From positions 320,001 through 384,000 of the forward strand of contig CAWHDT010000003.1 in NCBI GenBank assembly GCA_963828195.1: DNA of 64,000 bases, in the 5' to 3' direction. Positions within the stretch are counted from its first letter, which is position 1. Each line of letters starts with the position of its first letter. The DNA is from Candidatus Bathyarchaeota archaeon. GTDB lineage: Archaea; Thermoproteota; Bathyarchaeia; Bathyarchaeales; Bathycorpusculaceae. Both the position numbers and the translations under genes were made by a program. This document shows, piece by piece, positions 40,258 to 50,126 of this stretch. A model generated the notes under the pieces. It searched no databases, was not told the origin of the DNA, and worked only from the letters and a program-made list of their open reading frames with translations.

Positions 40258-40689
40258 TGGAAAAAAATTATGCCGCAGAATTTTCGCGCAGTCTCAATAA
40301 CGCACTAAACAGAATTCAACATAGACGCAAGGCCCCGCACCTTCAACATAGAAACGTCTTTTTGCTTGAGAAATACGCTGTTTTTCGATTGTTTTTTGAA
40401 GGAAAAAAAAATTGCAAATATTGAAAAGGGAAAATGACTTGAAGGACTTTTCAGATGAATTAAGATGCCTTAAGAGTATTTTTCTGTTCTTTGGTCTAAT
40501 TGAATATCAATACAACATATCTAACAACTTTGGAATGTGAAGACTTTTCCGCCATTGGACATTTTTGGCTGGTTAGTTTTTATTCGTTTGAATTCCGAAT
40601 CTATGTTTTCGTGTTTTACACCGTTCTTATTTATAACTTGGCAGATTAATAGTTGGAGGTTAATATTTTCATAACCTTCGGAAGGCACG

Positions 40690-41361
40690 ATGATGGCTGA
40701 CACTTACGCCTCAATAATCTTGCATATTTTACAGGACAAAGTAGCTGTGCCTGAATTGGTTAAACCAAAAAAAGACCCATTTGAAACTTTAGTTATAACG
40801 ATTATTTCTCAAAACACCGCTGACCGCAACACTGAGAGGGCCTTCGAAAACCTTTCGAATCAATTCGAAATAACGCCTCAAGCACTATCACAGGTTGAAA
40901 CAAGCAAGATTGAAGCTTGCCTTCACGTTGGCGGACTCTACAAAAACAAAGCCAAAACAATACAAGCCGTCTCAAAAATAATATTGGAAAAATTTCATGG
41001 CTCACTGAAACCCATTTTATCGTTGCCTTTTGAGGAGGCTAGACAAGCACTTATTGAGTTGCCTGGAGTTGGGCCGAAAACTGCGGATGTTGTCTTGCTT
41101 TTCGCAGCGAATCAGCCCACTATTCCCGTGGATACGCATGTTAATCGGGTGTCGAAGCGGCTTGGGTTAGCGCCTGCAAACGGCGGTTACGAGGAGGTGC
41201 GTTTGAGTCTTCAGTCACTTTTTGACCCGAAAGATTATCTGGCGGTTCATTTGATGTTGATTGCGCACGGAAGGAAATACTGCAAGGCAAGGCAGCCGCT
41301 TTGCCCAAAGTGCCCAGTGAGGACTTATTGCCCTTCTAAGTGTTTAGGAGATAAAAAATGA
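40690..41361 (+). CDS. nth: Endonuclease III
   Basis: ISQNT, HhH LPGVGPKTA, VDTHV, C-x6-C-x2-C-x5-C Fe-S motif. Confidence 0.95.
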   Translation: MMADTYASIILHILQDKVAVPELVKPKKDPFETLVITIISQNTADRNTERAFENLSNQFEITPQALSQVETSKIEACLHVGGLYKNKAKTIQAVSKIILEKFHGSLKPILSLPFEEARQALIELPGVGPKTADVVLLFAANQPTIPVDTHVNRVSKRLGLAPANGGYEEVRLSLQSLFDPKDYLAVHLMLIAHGRKYCKARQPLCPKCPVRTYCPSKCLGDKK

Positions 41362-43289
41362 CAATTAAGCTGCCATCGGCGGTTGAAAAGTATTTTCCAT
41401 ATCAAAGCGTGCGTCCGCATCAAGATGAATTTATCTCCACAGTTTATAACGCCGTGCATGAGAGACGTTCAGTTCTCATCGAAGGAAGTAACGGTTTAGG
41501 AAAAACCATCTCAGCTCTTTCTGCCTGCCTACCGGTAGCAATGGAGAAAGATTTGAAGATACTTTATGTCGCTAGAACCCATCGGCAACACGACCGAGTT
41601 ATAGAAGAATTAAAAGCTATACATAGAAAACAACCCGTTGCTGGGGTTTCTATTCGTGGGCGCAATGAAATGTGCCTTAACGCTTTTGCCACCGGAGGAG
41701 CTTTTGACTCAAAATCAATGATGGAAGTTTGCGAACTGCTGAAGAACAAAAGCAGGTGCCCATTTTACCAAAACGTTGTTAAGCGAACGTCAGATTTTAT
41801 TCAAATTTCTGCCGCAGTTGCCGCTCGACCGTATTTGGCATCTGATATCCTGTCGATTTGCCTAAGAAAAGAGTTGTGCCCGTATGAGTTGGTGAAGTCG
41901 GCGGTTTCAGAAGCCAGAGTAATTGCTTTAAGCTACTTGTATGTTTTTGACCCTAATATTCGAAATGCTTTTCTGAAAAACTTAGAGCAGGAACTATCAA
42001 AGATCATATTAATTGTGGACGAGGCGCATAATCTGCCTGAGACAGCCATTGACATCTCGAGCACAAGTTTATCTTCTTTTGCTGTTCGGCAGGCGGAGTC
42101 GGAAGCCGACAAATTTGGAAATAAGGAAGTTGAGAGATTTGCTCATTTCTTGAAGGATACGATTGAAACCTTAACTGATGGCGAAAGTCGAGAAAAGATA
42201 ATTCCATCCAGTGAAATAATCGAAAGTATCAAAAAATCTTCAAGTATCGATGACCTAAATGGATTCTTTGAGCGCATGGTGGAAGCTGGCAACGCGATTA
42301 AGAAACGTTTGTTGGTGGAGGGGAAAAATCCGCGGTCATATGTCCATTCAATGGGGGATTTCTTGCTTAGACTGCTCGATACCGCTGATGATGATTCCTT
42401 CATAAACGTGGCTAGTTGCTATCTTAACAGAGAAAGAAACAAAACGGCGAAGTTGGAAATTGTTGCGTTGGATCCTTCAAAAATTACAAAGCCAGTTTTT
42501 TCTTCGACTTATGCCAATGTGATAATGTCGGGGACACTTCAGCCGATGGAAGCTTATGAGCAAATAACAAAGCCGCCTGTAAACACTGTGGAATTCATTG
42601 TTCCGTCGCCGTTCCCAAAGGAACACGTGTTCTCAGTTGTGGTTTCAGGAGTAACCACAGCGATGGAAAAAAGAACCCCGACCATGTACCAAACCATCAT
42701 CGAACGAATAAACGAGGTGGCGGATAATACGCCGACAAACACAGGTGTTTTTGCTGCTTCATTCCAAGTATTAAACTCAATCCTTTCGGAGGGATTAGAA
42801 GATGCTCTGGCAAAACCTCTTTTTTACGAAAAAAGAGAAATGACCTCGGAGCAAAATGAAAAAATGGTATCAAATTTTAAAGAATGCGGCAGCAAAAAAG
42901 GCGCCGTGTTCCTCGGCGTGCAAGGCGGAAGAACCTCTGAAGGAGTGGATTTTCCAGGCAACCAAATGAACTCAGTGGTAGTTGTCGGCATTCCGTATGC
43001 TGAGCCGACGCCGAGGGTGAAAGCGCAGATTGAGTATTACGAGAAATGTTTTCCTGGGTTTGGTCGGGAATATGGTTATGTTTTGCCCGCTATGAAAAAG
43101 GCTTCTCAGGCGGCGGGCAGACCAATCAGGACGCTGGATGACCGGGGAGCCATAGTCTTTATGGACTCTCGCTTTGGAACGAGTTACTGCAGAGGTTTCC
43201 TTCCCGTTTGGATAACCAATGGAATGAAAACTTTGCCTGACGAAAAAGATGCTTTGGCATGGGAAATCAGCAATTTCTTTAAAATTTAG
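41358..43289 (+). CDS. xpd: XPD/Rad3-family Fe-S DNA helicase
   Basis: RPHQ, GLGKT, RTHRQ, Fe-S cysteines, DEAHN, SGTL, EGVDF, QAAGRPIR. Confidence 0.93.
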   Translation: MTIKLPSAVEKYFPYQSVRPHQDEFISTVYNAVHERRSVLIEGSNGLGKTISALSACLPVAMEKDLKILYVARTHRQHDRVIEELKAIHRKQPVAGVSIRGRNEMCLNAFATGGAFDSKSMMEVCELLKNKSRCPFYQNVVKRTSDFIQISAAVAARPYLASDILSICLRKELCPYELVKSAVSEARVIALSYLYVFDPNIRNAFLKNLEQELSKIILIVDEAHNLPETAIDISSTSLSSFAVRQAESEADKFGNKEVERFAHFLKDTIETLTDGESREKIIPSSEIIESIKKSSSIDDLNGFFERMVEAGNAIKKRLLVEGKNPRSYVHSMGDFLLRLLDTADDDSFINVASCYLNRERNKTAKLEIVALDPSKITKPVFSSTYANVIMSGTLQPMEAYEQITKPPVNTVEFIVPSPFPKEHVFSVVVSGVTTAMEKRTPTMYQTIIERINEVADNTPTNTGVFAASFQVLNSILSEGLEDALAKPLFYEKREMTSEQNEKMVSNFKECGSKKGAVFLGVQGGRTSEGVDFPGNQMNSVVVVGIPYAEPTPRVKAQIEYYEKCFPGFGREYGYVLPAMKKASQAAGRPIRTLDDRGAIVFMDSRFGTSYCRGFLPVWITNGMKTLPDEKDALAWEISNFFKI

Positions 43290-44374
43290 TCTTGAATTTC
43301 CTGCAACTTCTCGTTAAGAAAGACTTTTCCGAAAACAAGCCTCTTAGGCTTAGCTGAAACTGCGGTTTGAACTTTTAAGGCTCTTCTCACATGGTTAATT
43401 TCACGCAAAACTCCGATTCCTAAAAATTTGCTTTTAGAACCGTATAACCCCACAAGAAGTCCCTTCTCTGGCTCTTGATATTTTGGAAGAGCATATCTGG
43501 GTTCAATCGTCACATAACCTATTGGGTAGTTACGGAGCCTCGCGTTTTTCATATATCGTGCATAAGTCATTTCGCGTAGGCTTCTGCGTTTTTCGGCACT
43601 TCGTTGATTAAGAAAAGAAGAAGGCTCGACAATAATTGGTGGATTGTCATCTAAGTAAGCAATAAGAGACCTAAGTTCATCTTCAACTTGCACGGCGACT
43701 ATAACGTCTGGTTTTAGTTCTTTGATTAATTGCGTTTTGTAGCTTACAGCAATATCGCCTGTCACCCAGCCATCGGTATTAACTATCACAAAATCTACTG
43801 GCCTTTCTAAAATCTCAGCCTTCATAGCGGCTAAGCCTTCGACCGTTTTTGCTATTGCCATTATCGGTGAGGTAACGCCCATGAAAAAAGCGTTCTGAAG
43901 CTTCAAATTGTACAATTCTGTAATTGGCTTGGAAATTATCGCGTAACCCACAGTTCCTGAGGGTCCAATGTCTGATTGACCTAAATCGCCGTCTAAAAGA
44001 GCAACCCTGCATTTTCCGTCAACCAACTTATTTACTAAATAAGTGCAGTAGCTGCTTTTTCCAGAATCAATTTTTCCCAAAAGCAAAACAACAACTGGCT
44101 TCTTCTGCATACTCAAAATTGCTTCAAGAGGTGTATTCCATGACACTGGAATCGTGTTACCTTCAACTTCTTCAACGCATGCGTTTGGTCCTAACGAAAC
44201 GTCAAGAACCGTTTTTTCAAGAGCAAAAAATGGCAGACGCTTTCCTTCACGAACCAGGATTTTCACAGCTTGCTTTAATTGATAGCCGAACATTTCAGCC
44301 TTGCCAGAAACAACGCATACAGATGCGGGACCATCCACGAGCAATGTCTTATTGGATTCAACTGTTTGCTGCAA
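43286..44374 (-). CDS. Clp1/Grc3-family polynucleotide 5'-hydroxyl kinase
   Basis: GKIDSGKS, DGDLGQSDIGP, VNTDGW, RSAEKRRSLRE. Confidence 0.9.
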   Translation of the reverse strand: MQQTVESNKTLLVDGPASVCVVSGKAEMFGYQLKQAVKILVREGKRLPFFALEKTVLDVSLGPNACVEEVEGNTIPVSWNTPLEAILSMQKKPVVVLLLGKIDSGKSSYCTYLVNKLVDGKCRVALLDGDLGQSDIGPSGTVGYAIISKPITELYNLKLQNAFFMGVTSPIMAIAKTVEGLAAMKAEILERPVDFVIVNTDGWVTGDIAVSYKTQLIKELKPDVIVAVQVEDELRSLIAYLDDNPPIIVEPSSFLNQRSAEKRRSLREMTYARYMKNARLRNYPIGYVTIEPRYALPKYQEPEKGLLVGLYGSKSKFLGIGVLREINHVRRALKVQTAVSAKPKRLVFGKVFLNEKLQEIQD

Positions 44375-45008
44375 TCATTTTCCTCCTCCTTGGAAAAATA
44401 TAGCCTGTTCTTGCAGCAATCCGTATCGCTGAAGAAATATGCCTGATTCTTCGGCTACGCCTGTTATTTTTTAGGGGTAAGTTGGTTCCCGCCTCATTCA
44501 CAACTTCCAGCACGATGTCTGGTGGCAAAGCATCATCTAAGGCTTCAACTAAATCTTTGTAAACAGGAACACCATTCCCAATTTTTACGGAAACACTTGT
44601 CACTTTGGAATTAACAATTCTTATCGTTTTGATTATGCTGTTAATTACCTCTTGCGTGCTAAAGCAGTTATTTTCTTCGATAACTTTTCCATCGGCAATT
44701 GCTGCCAACCCAATCGCTGCACCTGGGTCAATGCCGATTGAGATTTTTTCGTAGGCTTCTTTTCCCTGAAGTATGCGCTTTACCTCGTTAACCAAATTGT
44801 CCAGTTCACTTTCGCTTGCTAAGATTAGTATGTTTTCATTTTTCACTAAATGCTTCTCACGCTCGGTTGTTATTACCGCTTTTACTTCTGCAGGCACAAA
44901 CTGTCCTGGAACTAAACTTATGAAGGGAACACCTTGCTCCCTCAGCCCGTTTACGATTAGAAAGTAAGCTTTACCCTCAACTGTGGCTACTGCAACTTTT
45001 TCCTTCAA
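44358..45008 (-). CDS. Conserved archaeal hypothetical protein with RNase H-like (IGIDPG) fold
   Basis: IGIDPG...GLA, VKIGNG, VVNEAGT, HISSAIRIA. Confidence 0.75.
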   Translation of the reverse strand: MKEKVAVATVEGKAYFLIVNGLREQGVPFISLVPGQFVPAEVKAVITTEREKHLVKNENILILASESELDNLVNEVKRILQGKEAYEKISIGIDPGAAIGLAAIADGKVIEENNCFSTQEVINSIIKTIRIVNSKVTSVSVKIGNGVPVYKDLVEALDDALPPDIVLEVVNEAGTNLPLKNNRRSRRIRHISSAIRIAARTGYIFPRRRKMIAANS

Positions 45009-45093
45009 TAAATCAACCTTAATAGTATACGTTTAAGTGCAAAACACATTATTAGTTTCAAGTTTATAATCTTGACGCGAAAAAGGGTAAAAC

Positions 45094-45789
45094 ATGATTA
45101 CAATCAACACTGGGTCCCAATGTATCGACAGCAACATCGGCGGGGGCATTTCACCTGAAAGTGTCACTTTAATTTATGGCGAACCCGAAACTGGAAAAAC
45201 AACTTTAGCAATACAATGCACTGTTAGTTGTGCATTACAAAACTACAAAACACTCTTTGTAGACTGCGATAACACTTTCTCAACAAAAAGGCTCTCACAA
45301 CTCTCCGCTGATAAATTCGACCAAATCGCTGAACAAGTCATTTTAATTAAACCTAAGGATTTCCGTGAACAAATGGCAGTTATAGATTGCATTCAAGATT
45401 ACACATCAAAAAATTTCGGGCTAATAATAGTTGACACCTTCACATCTTTATACGGAGCAAAAGTTGCTGAGTCCTCTGGGAAAGCTTTCAGCGTTAACCG
45501 TGAATTAAACAGACAATTAGCAATATTGGCGCAAACAGCAAAAATCCGAAAAATCCCGGTTATTATCGTTAGTCAAGTGAGAAGCGTTTTTGATGACCCA
45601 AACGTCAGTGTCGCACCCGTTGCAAACAGAGTTTTAAAATTCTGGGCTGACACAATAATCGCCATGAAACCCATCGATTACCCCCAAACAATCAAAGTTA
45701 ACCTTGAAACACGGAGCAACAAGCAAGAAGTTACTTGTTATCTACAAATAGGTGAAACAGGAATAAAAGATACTGAATTCCGCGAATGA
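45094..45789 (+). CDS. radB: RadB-like RecA-superfamily ATPase
   Basis: Short RecA core: IYGEPETGKTT, LIIVD, VSQV; lacks the RadA N-terminal domain. Confidence 0.8.
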   Translation: MITINTGSQCIDSNIGGGISPESVTLIYGEPETGKTTLAIQCTVSCALQNYKTLFVDCDNTFSTKRLSQLSADKFDQIAEQVILIKPKDFREQMAVIDCIQDYTSKNFGLIIVDTFTSLYGAKVAESSGKAFSVNRELNRQLAILAQTAKIRKIPVIIVSQVRSVFDDPNVSVAPVANRVLKFWADTIIAMKPIDYPQTIKVNLETRSNKQEVTCYLQIGETGIKDTEFRE

Positions 45790-46295
45790 TGGTTGACCTC
45801 ATGGAAATAACCCAATTAATTGTTGAAGCGCTGAAATTTATTTTCCCAGCGTACTGCGCCAACGCCACTCCCGTGCTTGCCGGAGGAGGAACACGAATGG
45901 ATTTCGGAAAGAATTTCTTCGATGGAAAGCGAATCTTTGGAAACAACAAAACTTTCAGAGGCTTCTTCTTCGGCTTGGCAGTCGGCATACTTGTTGGGTT
46001 GATGGAGTGTGTTGTCTTCCGTTTTCCGATCTTATTTGCGGTGTTGATTCCTTTAGGAGCGCTGTTGGGCGATTTGACAGGGGCTTTTTTGAAGCGGCGG
46101 ATCGGAATTGCTCCTGGAGGTTTACTTCCTGTAATTGATCAAATTGACTTTGTAGTTGGAGCAGTCGTGTTTTCGGTTCCTTTAGCCATAATAAACTGGG
46201 AATTGGCAGTTACAGTTTTGCTTATTACTCCGCCTATTCACTTGTTCACTAATTTCTTAGCGTACAAAATGAAACTAAAAAGACACCCGTGGTAA
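45786..46295 (+). CDS. carS: CDP-archaeol synthase
   Basis: PAYCANATPV, DGKRIFGNNKTFRG, GDLTGAFLKRR, DQIDF, C-terminal PW. Confidence 0.95.
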   Translation: MMVDLMEITQLIVEALKFIFPAYCANATPVLAGGGTRMDFGKNFFDGKRIFGNNKTFRGFFFGLAVGILVGLMECVVFRFPILFAVLIPLGALLGDLTGAFLKRRIGIAPGGLLPVIDQIDFVVGAVVFSVPLAIINWELAVTVLLITPPIHLFTNFLAYKMKLKRHPW

Positions 46296-46332
46296 AAAGA
46301 AAAAAACTATAGAAAAAAGGAAAAAAGCTGGG

Positions 46333-46758
46333 TCAAGCTCCGCCAGACGTCTTGAAGGCGATTGCGCCTTCTAAGAATATGTACGAAATGAGTAGAAATG
46401 CTACGCCAATGATTAGCATCAGGTAGGCTTGCCTTGGGTTATATGCATTTTTGGTGCTTTGGTAAATGGCAAACAGTCCAAGGAAACCAAAGCCATAAAG
46501 TATTACCGCGATCACGGTGTCAGATATGAATTGTGAACTAATACTTGGATAGAGGAAATAGAAGTTATTGTTAACGTAGGCTGATGGAAGAGGACGCGTA
46601 ATAAGAGTAAACAAGCCACCGCCGAAAAGAAAGATGCAGTAACCAATTCCTACAATGGTTATTAAGAGTGATGAAGGTGTAGTTGTTGAAATTCTGTGGA
46701 ACCAGCGGCTCATCGAAAAGGACATGTTCGACGTGCGCTTCTTTAGTTTATTTGACAT
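46333..46758 (-). CDS. Three-TM protein resembling OST3/OST6-family (DC2/OSTC) oligosaccharyltransferase subunit
   Basis: GGGLFTLITRP...FLYPSISSQFISDT...LYGFGFLGL parallels the eukaryotic DC2 pattern (GG-IY-I-P...FL..R...QY..EG...L...GGLG); alignment by eye. Confidence 0.65.
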   Translation of the reverse strand: MSNKLKKRTSNMSFSMSRWFHRISTTTPSSLLITIVGIGYCIFLFGGGLFTLITRPLPSAYVNNNFYFLYPSISSQFISDTVIAVILYGFGFLGLFAIYQSTKNAYNPRQAYLMLIIGVAFLLISYIFLEGAIAFKTSGGA

Positions 46759-46907
46759 TGTATTCTCTCCCTTTAATCAGTGTTTTTACTACATCTTTAG
46801 CCCATTATCAGGTTAATGAATTTTTCTGATTCCCAACTAAAAAAACAATCCAAATCCTGCCAGAAGCGTCCTTTCTTAGCTCACCCAACCAAGTTAAGTC
46901 ATTTTCC

Positions 46908-48980
46908 TCAGTTGCAAGTTCCTTTTGAGGGGCAATCGGGATTCAGGCATGATTTCCAAGTCCTTTTCCCTTTCATGTATATACGCAACATTGGGTACCC
47001 ACAATTTTTGCAAGTGACTTTTAGGGGTTTTACTCCGCCAGTTTGAGGCAGCGGAAATGTCACGTTGCATTTTCCTTTGAAATAGTTTGTGCAGCCGACA
47101 AAACGTTTACCTGTTTTTTTGGAACGTAAAATAACTAGTTTTCCATCAGCACACTTTGGGCATGCACCAACTGTTCTTTCTTCAAGACGACCTTTATTCA
47201 AAGCTTGGCTAATTTGAATTCCTATAATGGACTCTTTTTCCTTAAGCTCAGCTAAAACTGGTTTCAAGATTTTAACAGCATTTTGCACCACAACTTCTCT
47301 TGTTTCTTTGCCTTGCTGAATTTCATTCATCTTCTCTTCAAGCTTTCTAGTTAGTTCAGGTGAGATAACAGCTGGACAATACTTTGATAGGATTTCGATG
47401 ACTTCAACGCCAAGGTCAGAAACCGCGAGACTCTTGGTTCCGTTTAGATATTTTCGGGCATACAACGTTTGTATGGTTGCTGCCCTCGTTGCTTTAGTGC
47501 CGATTTCCTCATTTTCCATTTTTAAAAGTAAAGTGCGAGGGTTGTATCTAGCAGGCGGTCTCGTAAAATTGTTTTTCACAGTTACTCTTTTAACTGAGAC
47601 TTTTTGTCCCCGAATTAAGTTGGGCAAAGCTACGTCATTCAGTTGGGCATAAGGTTTGTAAAATTGAAGCCACCCGTCACTTAGCGTTCGAACGCCATTT
47701 AAACGAAAAAGGTTCCCGCAGATACTAATATCTGCTTTCGTCCTTTGGCGGATGGCAGGCTCAGCGAAAACGGATAGGAACCTGCGAACAATAAGATCGA
47801 AAACGTTTCTTTCGCTTGCGCCAAGAGGTTTTTCTGGAAGGTTTCCAGTCGGGTAAATGGCTGGATGCGCAGAATCGGCTTTTTCCCCTTCATTGGGCTT
47901 CAAAACTGGCTGAGCGAGCAAGTAAGATGCAAATTTCTCGCAACCGGGCAGTTTAGTTAGTTTTCTTAATATGTTTCGGTAGTCGATTGTGGGCGGGAGT
48001 TTTTGGCTGCTTGTTCTGGGATACGAGATTAATGCATCCAAGTACAGGTGCTGAGCTATGTTTGAAGTACGAATCGGCATAAAGTGGAAATTTCTGTAAG
48101 CTTCACTTTGTAAAGTTCCCAAGTCAAAAGGCACCGGAGGTTTCTGCTCAAACTCTTCCACAACTGTCGTTTCTATTTGACCTTCTTTGCTTTTGCAGGC
48201 GTCTTTTACTGCCGTTGCTTCTTGGCTGCTTCTGAGGATTTTTTCATATTCAGCTTCGTATGTTGTGTCGTTTATGATTATTTTTGCGGTTATGCTCCAG
48301 AAAGGAGTGGGAACGAAACACTTTATGGTTTTTTCTCGATCTTCTAAAAATTTAAGGGTTGGCCCTTGTACTCAACCGGTGCTCAGTGTAGCGTATTGTC
48401 CGCTGCTTCTTTTCACAGCCATTGTTAAGGCTCTAGACAGGTTTATTCCGTAAAGCCAATCTACCTCATGCCTTGTCAATCCAGCTTCTACAAGAGCAAA
48501 ATCCAAATGCGGCAACAAGTGAGCGTAAGATTGCTGCAGTTCCTCTTTTGTAAGTGTAGAGTATTTCATGCGTTTAGCGGTTTTTTCTTTGCTGCCGCAA
48601 GCATACCTAAGTATGCAGTACCCTATGATGCTGCCTTCAATGTCAAAGTCGCATGCATCCACAAACTCCTCAGCGTTTTCTGCTAACTTTGCAATTACGT
48701 TTAACCAAACACGGATCTTCGATGCACTCCGTTCAGCAAGGTACCTTGGAACCCATTGATAGTCGAAAACTGGATAATCACGTTTAATTTTTTCTTTACT
48801 TGCAACGGTGTAAAGATGCCCAAGGGATGGCACAACAACGACATCGCTCTCTCTGTATGCTTTATAGTATGGAACGCCGTTCTCAACTATTTTTTGAGCT
48901 TTTCCATCTGCGTCCAAAGCCATAGCTATTCTTTTGGCGGCATCGGGTTTTTCAGTTACAATTAATGTGTACTTCCCCAA
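46908..48980 (-). pseudogene. topA: DNA topoisomerase IA interrupted by a single in-frame TGA (48372-48374)
   Basis: TEKP, GHL, CDFDIEG (TOPRIM), LSTG*VQGPTL, catalytic ISYPRT, GTKATR and C-terminal Zn ribbons all in one frame. 2073 nt = 691 codons. Confidence 0.93.
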
Positions 48981-49104
48981 AGGCGATTAACCACACACTT
49001 TAACATTCCAATAGACCCACTTAAAATAAACTTTGCAGTTAACTAAGTGCATTATTTAGGAACCAATAAATATGCCATAGCATGTTATTATCGGGGGATT
49101 TGGG

Positions 49105-49278
49105 ATGCCGCAGCGAGTTATTTGCCATGGATGCAATTATGTTTTATATGAAGGCAGCGAACTTAAACCACCAGACGAAATTATTTCGCAAAATGGCGGA
49201 AACTGCCCAAAATGCCATAGGAAACTTTCATTGTTACCCATAGACGTTGAAGTCAAACCCATATTTAAGCGACGATAA
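49105..49278 (+). CDS. Small Zn-ribbon protein (57 aa, below the ORF-track cutoff)
   Basis: MPQRVICHGCNYVLYEGSELKPPDEIISQNGGNCPKCHRKLSLLPIDVEVKPIFKRR*; two CxxC motifs; GGGGGA upstream. Confidence 0.85.
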   Translation: MPQRVICHGCNYVLYEGSELKPPDEIISQNGGNCPKCHRKLSLLPIDVEVKPIFKRR

Positions 49279-49551
49279 ATAAAGTCGCTCCAAAGCTTCG
49301 ATAACTGATCCTGCAAGAGAGCATTAGAAAAGCGACTTAGCGAGAGTATTACAAAAGTAAGTTTATGCTTTGTCTGCCCAAAACAGGGTTCAAAGCTAAA
49401 AATTCTTTTAATATTCTACATTGACTTTTTTGGCCTAACTGGATTTTTTGTTGATTTTAGCTTATTTCGGTTAAAAAATATCTATATAGTTTAGCTATTG
49501 GGTTATATTGCAATATATTTAAATTACTTTAATCACCAAACTATGTTAGTT

Positions 49552-49559
49552 CATTTTGG
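49552..49559 (+). repeat. Left target-site duplication CATTTTGG
   Basis: Identical 8-mer at 54935-54942 directly abutting the other element end. Confidence 0.92.
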
Positions 49560-49703
49560 GGTTCTGGTAACTTCATGGGTGATAAATCTACCTGTTAAGA
49601 ATCGGGTGATAAATCCGCTGTTTTCTGTCTCTCGGAAAAGACCTGTTAATCTTCGGGTGATGACAAGGCTTAAGTCAAGAATCACATAATAAACGATTGG
49701 GGA

Positions 49704-50126
49704 ATGAAAGAACTGTCTCAAAATATTGGAGAGAAAGCGGTTAATTATGTCTTAAATTATCTTAAAGAAACAGAGCACAAAGAAGCAAGGCGATGCAAAA
49801 AAGGCAAGAATGGTGAAGGTGCAGACATAATTTCTGCCGAAGGCAAATACATTGAAGTCAAAGGATGCGACAAAAAAGAAACCAATTTGCGAATTGCACG
49901 ACAATCATTAGAAAAGATTTCTAAAGCAGGTAAACTAAAACAAGATTCTTACTTCATCTACTATGTTTACAACATGGAGAAAGAACCCACTTTAATGATA
50001 TTCGATTATGACACTTATAACAAGAACAAATTTGAAGAGACCAAATTATTAATACAACCGTTTAAAATTGAGAAAGAAACGGGCAAACCTGAGAGAATAA
50101 AACTAAAGAAGATGACTAGCTCATAA
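49704..50126 (+). CDS. Small PD-(D/E)xK nuclease (DUF3883/NO VEIN C-terminal-like)
   Basis: E-x-AV-x-Y helix, then GADIISAEGKYIEVKG, YFIYYVYN. Confidence 0.75.
   Translation: MKELSQNIGEKAVNYVLNYLKETEHKEARRCKKGKNGEGADIISAEGKYIEVKGCDKKETNLRIARQSLEKISKAGKLKQDSYFIYYVYNMEKEPTLMIFDYDTYNKNKFEETKLLIQPFKIEKETGKPERIKLKKMTSS

Noticed and set aside
40045-40689. Replication origin (ORB) interpretation of the long AT-rich gaps
   Set aside because: No ORB-like TCCA...GAAA...GGGG boxes recognised and no orc1/cdc6 gene nearby.
46908-48980. Topoisomerase as two genuine genes, or genome-wide TGA recoding/selenocysteine
   Set aside because: Both parts are in the same frame with intact intervening coding sequence. 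TGA ends many other genes here, and the position is a conserved Arg, not Cys.
49498-49689. 63-aa ORF spanning the left transposon end
   Set aside because: It crosses the TSD/TIR junction and consists of the iterated end motifs; not coding.
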